The notes under the pieces are model-generated. The model did not search any database and was not told where the DNA came from. It worked only from the letters and a program-made list of their open reading frames with translations. A stretch of 55,675 nt of DNA, filler included, from Sphacelaria rigidula (Eukaryota), in assembly GCA_964200075.2 (NCBI GenBank). It is 5 parts of 5 records of this genome, joined end to end, with 100 filler letters (N's around TTAATTAATTAA, not from the genome) between each part and the next. Parts side by side here need not be neighbours in the genome. Positions count along the whole stretch, not along the records: positions 44,622 to 55,675 come from CAXNAA020005469.1; 4 more parts are not named here. One strand, written 5' to 3'. The position numbers and the translations under genes were made by a program. This document shows, one piece after another, positions 48,644-55,675 of this stretch (positions are counted from its first letter, which is position 1; every line of letters starts with the position of its first letter).

Positions 48644-51600
48644 CGGATGGAGCAACACTTCTCCTCGAGAGGTGTGGGAGTTTGACGTTACTCTTCTGGA
48701 TTGAAAGATGTGAGTACACACTTCATCTTGGAAAAGTAGCACGTCTACGAACTGGTTCACACTCATCACCCCAATCTGTGTCATCGGCATATGCCTTCCT
48801 CGACAAACTGGTTCACGCTCATCACCCCAAACTGTGTCATCAGCATATGCCTTCCGCGATACCGACTTAATATTCTCATACACGATATTACACTGACCTC
48901 AATGGACAAACCGAAAAGGGGGATACTGCAGGAGTTTCTTTGTAGGCCGTAGGGATGGCGCTAAGGACGAAAGTATCTCGACCAATCAGTGGCCTTGAAA
49001 TTGTTCCGAAATTGAAATACCAAAATTTCCAACCAAATTTTTACCCGATCTCCACATGCTCCAAGTCTTGGTAACCGTCATTAGGCCGGGAATCTAACGG
49101 AAAGCACATTGGTATAAACGGTTACTATGAGATCGAATTATACTTAAACCGTGGTATTTCGGCGATACAAGGTTTCGACGTCGTATTTCCACTGCTTCAC
49201 TCCAACCTGTTCTCAGTGACCACCCACCACTGGTTCATAAGTCAGGAATACGCGAACCCATGAACGACGGGCAAGAATTGGTTTTCCCTGGGGAAGGGAA
49301 CATGAACACGATCCGTGCTACTCGCCTCTCGCCGCCCCCAAGGTCGCTGGACGGTGAGTTTGATTCACATGAAAACGAGTTCACAATTCATTGCGGTACT
49401 TGCCCCTGGCTTCTTTCCCCTCAATGGTCCTGGTAGTATTCATTTTATCCATCCATTGTATGGCCACCTGAACGAATTGCTTCTTCGAGAAATGACCAGG
49501 GCTACTGGTGTGAAGCTTGAGGGCAAGCTGGGGCTGTGCAATGGCTGTTCGCTAGCGAAGGGCTTACTTAGGGGGCCGATTCCGCGGGAGACGGTTACGC
49601 TTGCAGTTTAGAGACTGCAACCCGTGTTTATCGATAGATCTGTGTGGGCCAAAGGGGGCACAGAGTCTCGGTGTGATTCTCGCAAAAAGTTTGGGTGTGC
49701 TTTGCACGCCTAAACTCAGATGTAACAGGTATTTTTGAGCAGTTCTTCGCGAATGTACGAGCAGATGGTGTTCCCTCAATTGTAGAGTGCGCACGAAGAA
49801 AATCTGGTGGGGAGTTCCAGGGGGATCTTGTTGCCTATGCAGGGAACGATGCATCAAGCAGGAGTTAACGCCGGTAGACAGTCTCCAGTACAGCGGAGTC
49901 GCAGAGCGCGGGGTTGCCATGGTACTGTAGAGGCAACCGCAATGACAGCTAGAATAGATACTGGCCATTTGTACGGCGTTGATGTTCCGGGATCGCTGTA
50001 GGCTAAATCTTCTTAATATTGCAGCCCGATTTACAGCAACCGCTAACCCTGGGTTGAAGTTCCCGAATGAGATGCTCCACGGATAAGTCTCAGGACTCAA
50101 GCTGTTGCCGATTTTCAAGCCGGAGTACTGCAAACAACAATGTACTTCGAACTCTGTAGCCAAGACATGAGAGTGCTTTTACCCTGGAACCCCCCACAGT
50201 TATCCCCGTGATTCAATGCGCAAGCTGGCAGAGAGTCGTTTCTTGATCACGACACGCGATGTGAAATGACGCCGGATTTTCGTACCCATGCAGCAAGAAG
50301 TTTCACGTTCACTGGGAGGGAGGAGTGCTTCGCTGGGTACAAACGAAGGAATCAACTCCGACGATGGAGTTGAAGAAGAAGAGATGATCCAGGTTTCGAT
50401 GCTCGTGACACATGCGTGAGGTGGGCGGATACCAGCGACGGTGATCCCACCGAAGGGCAGACTTGTTCGAGCCGGGAGGGCTGTGAGCCTGCATCGTCGG
50501 TTGCAACATCCCTGGCTGGTACAGTTTCGAGCGGGGAAGGCGACGAACAACCTGAACAACCCGAGGATGATGAAGCCAATGACGCCGGTGACATCAACTT
50601 CAGTAAGACGGGTGATGCATCACCCGTAGGTGAGTCCCAAACGCTTTGACTTACACGACAACAAACTGGCATTCAGCAGCAGCAGCAGCTGCTGCAGCAC
50701 GCATCACTGGTAGTGGAAGACGGTGGGTTGGACCGTAGCAATAGCAGCGACATAAGGGAGAGCCACCCTGCACCTGACCCGCGTACGCGGGGACGCACTT
50801 GACAACATACTCGCGTACACGAGAAGAACGTTATTGTCCAAGTGACGGACTTGCATGGGATTATCTAATTTGCTAGAGTCTTGATAGCTCTTTATAGGTT
50901 GTAGCAGGCCAGTAGAACTTGAAACGACAGGCTTGTGACAGATCTGAAGGGGTATGGGTTTGTGCAGGGCATGTTCGAATCGTGTATTTTCAGGTACAAC
51001 GAGGGAGGAGATGTGAAGGCATTACCAGCTGTAGATGTCGATGGGCTCTTGGTCGTGTGTGACAAGGATCACTGCAACAAGGATCAAGGTAGCTTTGAAA
51101 CTAAAGTTTCCCACAAAGGGTCTCGGCGAACTAGCTTGCTACGGAGGTTGTGCGTACGAACGCAACTGAAAAAACGGCACGATCAGATCTCAGTCCGCGT
51201 TTATCAGAAAAATCATCGATAAGTTTGATATCTTGCATAGCGTCCTCACCCCGGCATCTATCCCGAATGCGAAGGTGGCCCCGGAGAACGAGGCAGAATC
51301 TGAGGTGGATGTGCCGTACAGGCAGGCGGTGGCAGCGTTCATGTGGTTCTCCAATAACATTAGCCCCGACATCCCGGGTGTTATGAGGGAAGTGTCGCGA
51401 CTAAGTCATAATTTTACGTGTGACTGGTTGAGGGCGGTTCGCATCCTGGAGTACCTGAATAACGCGCGCAATTTAGGTATCACTTGCAAACGTAGTTTTG
51501 ATTATGGACTATCAATGGTGGCGTACGCTGACACCGACTACCACAACTCGGAGGAAAGAAGACCTGTGATAGGAGGTATTTTGATGTTCGGAGATGAGAT

Positions 51601-52389
51601 TGTGGTTGGTGTGTCGATCACCTACGTCAGTATATCATTGTTCAGTACTGGGGCAGCGTCGTAGGGGCTGGTGAGGTGGCAAAGAGGCGCTATTCGTGCC
51701 AGGAATCCTCAAATTTGTTCAACCGAATGTCGAAGAGAAGAGAACCAATGTTTTTTGAGACAGCCAGGGTGCCATTCAATTGGTCATCACCCCACTAAGT
51801 ACAGTAGCGGTCGGAGTAAGCACATTGACGTGCGTCACCATTCTCTCCGTGAGTCGTATTAGCTAGTGACGGCAAGATGCGGTTTGAGAACAAACGTTCC
51901 GAAGAACAACTCGCCGACATAATTACCGAGGCAATGCCCAGCGTCAGTTTCGAGTATGATAAGAATGCGATGCTTAACGTTAAATGCGCTAAGCGATTTT
52001 CTTCTGAGTGTTCGTGTTCATGTTTTTACTACCGTCGCATTTACTCTTCCCCGGTGGGATTGAGTTCATGGTTCCTGGAAAAAAATTGTGTCTGAGTGAG
52101 TACGAAGCCGTATCATTCAATGCGGATAAGGACACGACGAGTAGCAACTCCGAGTAGACAATGATGTTTGCATTCGTTCTGGATCGCAGTTGCATATATT
52201 TTTTATCTGTGATGATGTCAGCCACGAGTTGAGGTTGCCATTTATACTTGATCATTTTTTTAGTTTACCGAATGACGGAAGAGTCATCTACTCGAAGGAT
52301 TAATATGCGCGACGTGTTGAGGAGGGGGTTCAGGCTCTGGGTTTTCGATTGCAGAGAGGGTGAGTTTGCGGCGTTTGTACGCGGCTGTA

Positions 52390-52722
52390 CACACGCGGCC
52401 ATTCGGCTACCTCCAAAATTCCTCCAGGTGGGCAAACTTTTCGAGCCTCTAGAGGAATTAAACGCCTTCGGAGGGGTGCGCGGCCCTCCAGAGGAGATTT
52501 TTTGGTTTCCTCCAGAGGGATTAAACCCCTCCGGAGGCTTATTTTTGCCTCTGGAGGACCACGCATACCCCCAAATTCCTCCGGATGGGTGCGCGGCTCT
52601 GCGGGTCGGTAGAGTTTGGTTCTCTCCAGACGCATTGAAGGCCTCCTGAGGCTTGTTTCCCCCCTGGAGGGCCACGCATCCCTCCGGAAGCATTTTAGGA
52701 TGTAGCCAAATGGCCGCGTGTG
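52390..52722. mobile_element. CACACGCGGCC MITE, inverted (2-bp TSD TA)
   Basis: Same TIR and body as 29878; TA on both flanks. Confidence 0.88.
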
Positions 52723-53789
52723 TACAGTATTGCTTTTTTCCCGGCGGGTCCGAGTTTCCCATTCCGTTCTTGGTAATGTCGCGTTGTGGACGGTTCGTCA
52801 GCTCATTGATGCTGAGCAGGACTCAGGGGAGATGTGTGATGGAGTGACTTACTCTGCCTCACATCTACGGATATTGGCCGAAGATATCGGGCTATCCGGC
52901 GGGGTTTATCTCTAGAGAAGTCCTTTTGTGTGCAGGTGTCAGTGCCTGGTTACAGTTAAAGACATTGGATTCTCTATCCTGAGGTGAGTACAGCTACGCT
53001 CGCCAAAACTTCTTTTTGGTATTGTCGTGCCGAGGAAGGGTGGGTACGTTTACAAATACATTTTTTTGTCTCGAACCAGTTTGCCTTGCCTCAGTACTAC
53101 GGTGAGCGGCAGCTGTACGTGCTACTTTACCGAGTCATCGCTCAGAAGAACTCAGCTACGCCCATTTTTATATCAAGCCGTCCCCTGACCGCCAACCACT
53201 GCCACCCAGCCGCACGTATTCGGCGTGCCGGTTTTTTGGTCTGACATGAAGACGCCCCGAATTGCCTATCAGAGCGCGCGGCGTACTGTGGGATGGTAGT
53301 AAATTACGACTACTTTCCCGAAACCTACTGGAGTTGTGTGGGGCTGCTGTTCTTGTTGTTAACCTTGAACACACTCTATTTTTGTCTCATGTGGTGGGAC
53401 TAGCTTGTACGCTTGATACTGGATGGGTCGTTGAAGTGTTATCTCTGTGAACGCTCAGGGTGTCATTCTGGACCCCATATGCTGAACCAATATCATTTTG
53501 TTTTGAACAAATGCTGAAGACAGAAGACAGAGGAGGTGTAAATCTGTAGGCGCTGAGAGGGTTGAAACCAACGTATAACTGAAAAGAGGCAACTCATCTT
53601 CTACTCAATATTCTCGGCGCGAGAACTCCACATACAGAAGAACAAGAACAAGACTACCACTTATCTACCGCGAATGGGCTAGTGTGTACACTTATCTTGT
53701 TCGATGATATCTCATGTCTCTAATCCTTCGCTCTCCTTTTCCCCTTTCACGTATCTTAGTTTTCATCTTAGTTTTCAGGCCAAAAATCA

Positions 53790-54021
53790 GCGGGACAACC
53801 CGCCCCTTCAACGCAATGTTGCACATTGCGTTGGCGTCACTTGGCATTGTGGTGACGCCGACTGACATACCAACATGTATACCTGGTGGCGCAAAGACGA
53901 TGAGCCTTTTCATGTGAAGCAGAAGCTCCGCGTCACTCACGCTTTCGGCGGCCTTCGTTTCATACTCTCGTCGCAACGCACTCGGATCGACCACCGACCC
54001 CCCCGCGCCCATCTCTTTCAC
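53790..54021 (-). pseudogene. Possible degenerate BED-finger fragment related to 31495
   Basis: LRREYETKAAESVSDAELLLHMKRLIVFAPP...GMSVGV......CNIALK parallels IERRRVDVAAG...SPLWGHMILFAP...GKNVLC......CGHLMR; the metal ligands are incomplete. Confidence 0.35.
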
Positions 54022-55309
54022 GATCCTGGCTGGTCGGGGTGTTCTCTGTGATTAATTCCATGAAGTCGTCGTCACGACTTGGCCTTCCGCCGCCGGTGTT
54101 AAGTACCACACTGCAATGCGCATAACGAGAAAATACGGAATATCAGCTTCGTAGTTGTGCCTCCCTCACGCGTGGGTGACATCTTGGCCAGTCTACGGTA
54201 GCAATCAACAAGGCCGGATCACAAACGAGCGTTACGTACACCTGTCGAACTGCCCCGCAATTTGTACAATGGATGAAATAGTTGCCCCGCAATTGTACCA
54301 TCCACATACTACACTACTTTTACTGCATAAGTACACTGCGTAATTGTTGAACTCAACGAAGGGCGCACTGGCAGTGAAATCTTACCGTTGCTTAGGTGGA
54401 AAAGTCCAATTTTTATGGAGTCTAAGAGCGGCATACCGTTCTCCACGCACGCAGTTCCTCTTTATGATTGCGGGTCTGATGAAAATATTCGATACACTAG
54501 CGAAAATATAAAATGTAGACTGATGGTGCTTCCTGTATCTGCTTCTTCATCCGTACTGCCCTCTATCGCGTATGGCCATGCTGGGGCCTCTGCTAACGAA
54601 GCTAGCAGCTTCGAATAACGCTCAAGCTAGGCGAGAAGAGGCGCCTTCAGGTTTGGGCGGCGCTGGTTCTAGGACTCGGTTGTCCTTGTATTTGAACATC
54701 AACAACGTGCAGGCGGACGAGCATGCCGCAGGTGTCGCTGCTGCGTTCGATGCTCATAAGAGTGCAATCCTGCCGGTGCTGATTCGGGGTGAGGGTGCAA
54801 ATGAATGTGCTCGTAGTGCAAACATTATCCTTGTATGTGTCACGTTCGTGAAGAGTGCGCGTTTCGTAGAACAGGTGTGGGTTATGATCGTTCGTAAACG
54901 GTAAAGTGCACGATAATTTACACGTGAAATATTTGCAAATTTGCGCAGCTTCATGCGCTTGTCTTTGTCTTGAAAATTGAATAGTAAATTTGAAAATTCA
55001 AAATCAGTCGTGCGCGAAAAAAAAAAAAATCTAATACCGGAATGCCTGCGTAGAATACGTAGCCATTTGACAAGCATTGGGCTGATATCAGCCGTGAAGT
55101 AGGCACAGTTCACACGAGCGGCGGGCCCGACAAACGGGAGTACCGGCCCAGCGCGTGGCATCGGTGGCAAGCTTTGCTCAAGGCGGGATTGTCGGCGTAA
55201 TCTCTGGCTGAGAAAGTGATGATATGCCGCGTGGGGTGGTTTGAATCAGTCTGACGCCAAAAAAAAAAGAAGCAAGTCAACTGCCAAGATTCCCGCATAT
55301 AAAAATCCA

Positions 55310-55573
55310 TGGTTGTGTTCTGTAAGGTACGGGTACGTTCTGTAGGGTATGAAAGTCTTACAGAGTTTACAGAACTTGTCGGGTACGGTATGGGGGGCTT
55401 ACAGAAAAACGGTACCGGCAATCGGGTAACTCTTTTCGGGTATACCCGCACCTCGGGTTCGGGTAGATATATTGTACAGAACTTACAGAACTATCGGGTA
55501 AGGGTATGAAAGTCTTACACAAGTCACAGAACTGTCGGGTACGGTACATACCCGGAAAAATACCCCAAGTATA
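55310..55573. repeat. TACCCG/CTTACAGAAC-rich repeat family (copies about 9265-9380 and 10141-10207)
   Basis: GGTATGAAAGTCTTACAGA...ACAGAACT.GTCGGGTACGG units, with a GTATACCCGGGGTAT-like end shared with 10141. Confidence 0.75.
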
Positions 55574-55675
55574 CAAGACCGCTGACTTGTCAGTAGGCTA
55601 GTTGGTAGTCTCTTAAACCGTCACAAAAGTTAGTCGTGGTGGTTTGATCCCCGTCACTTTCACTCCGAGGAGGGC

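Larger units (their letters stand above)
47800..51980 (+). mobile_element. Degenerate Ty1/Copia retrotransposon (knuckle, integrase, RT remnant, RNase H)
   Basis: ICFHCEESGHISLYC (48211-48255); HPLYGHLNELLLREMTRATGVKLEGKLGLCNGCSLAKG; TPVDSPQYSGVAERG; VPYRQAVAAFMW...PDI...RILEYL...AYADTDY; SKHIDVRHH; EQLADIIT. The INT-RT-RH order indicates Copia. Confidence 0.9.

Noticed and set aside
52265..52762. Recurrent PPEAFNPSGG peptides in ORFs at 29907, 40712 and 52265
   Set aside because: They are translations of the non-coding CACACG MITE with its CCTCCGGAGG palindromes.
1..55675. Fanzor/TnpB, viral core genes, rRNA
   Set aside because: No RuvC-type motif set, capsid, polymerase or rRNA signature was recognised by eye; highly decayed copies cannot be excluded without a profile search.

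Overview
This is eukaryotic, repeat-rich genomic DNA of roughly 50% GC. It is most likely from a brown alga or other stramenopile, inferred from the Copia and RTE lineages, an EsV-1-7-like motif, and short exons in long GT-AG introns. The window is not one locus. It is five contigs (1-11056, 11157-22212, 22313-33367, 33468-44521, 44622-55675; 11056/11056/11055/11054/11054 nt) joined by identical 100-nt N44-TTAATTAATTAA-N44 linkers, so no adjacency across a linker is meaningful. Host-gene content: six in-phase exons of a ferric-reductase/NADPH-oxidase (FRD)-like membrane protein (contig 2), a U-box exon plus a probable upstream exon (contig 4), and a large exon with two tandem BED zinc fingers (contig 3). 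The rest is mostly decayed mobile DNA: two Ty1/Copia relics, an RTE LINE relic, tRNA-derived SINEs, and many non-autonomous DNA transposons. Several of these have TIRs and TSDs readable directly: hAT 8 bp, piggyBac TTAA, CACACG-ended 2 bp and 8 bp, GAG..CTC 4 bp, AACAG 4 bp. The most unusual item is a degenerate DUF6589/Academ-like transposase followed by an EsV-1-7-like cysteine motif. No CRISPR array, rRNA, bona fide tRNA or Fanzor/TnpB was recognised. All family assignments come from motif recognition by eye, not from database searches.
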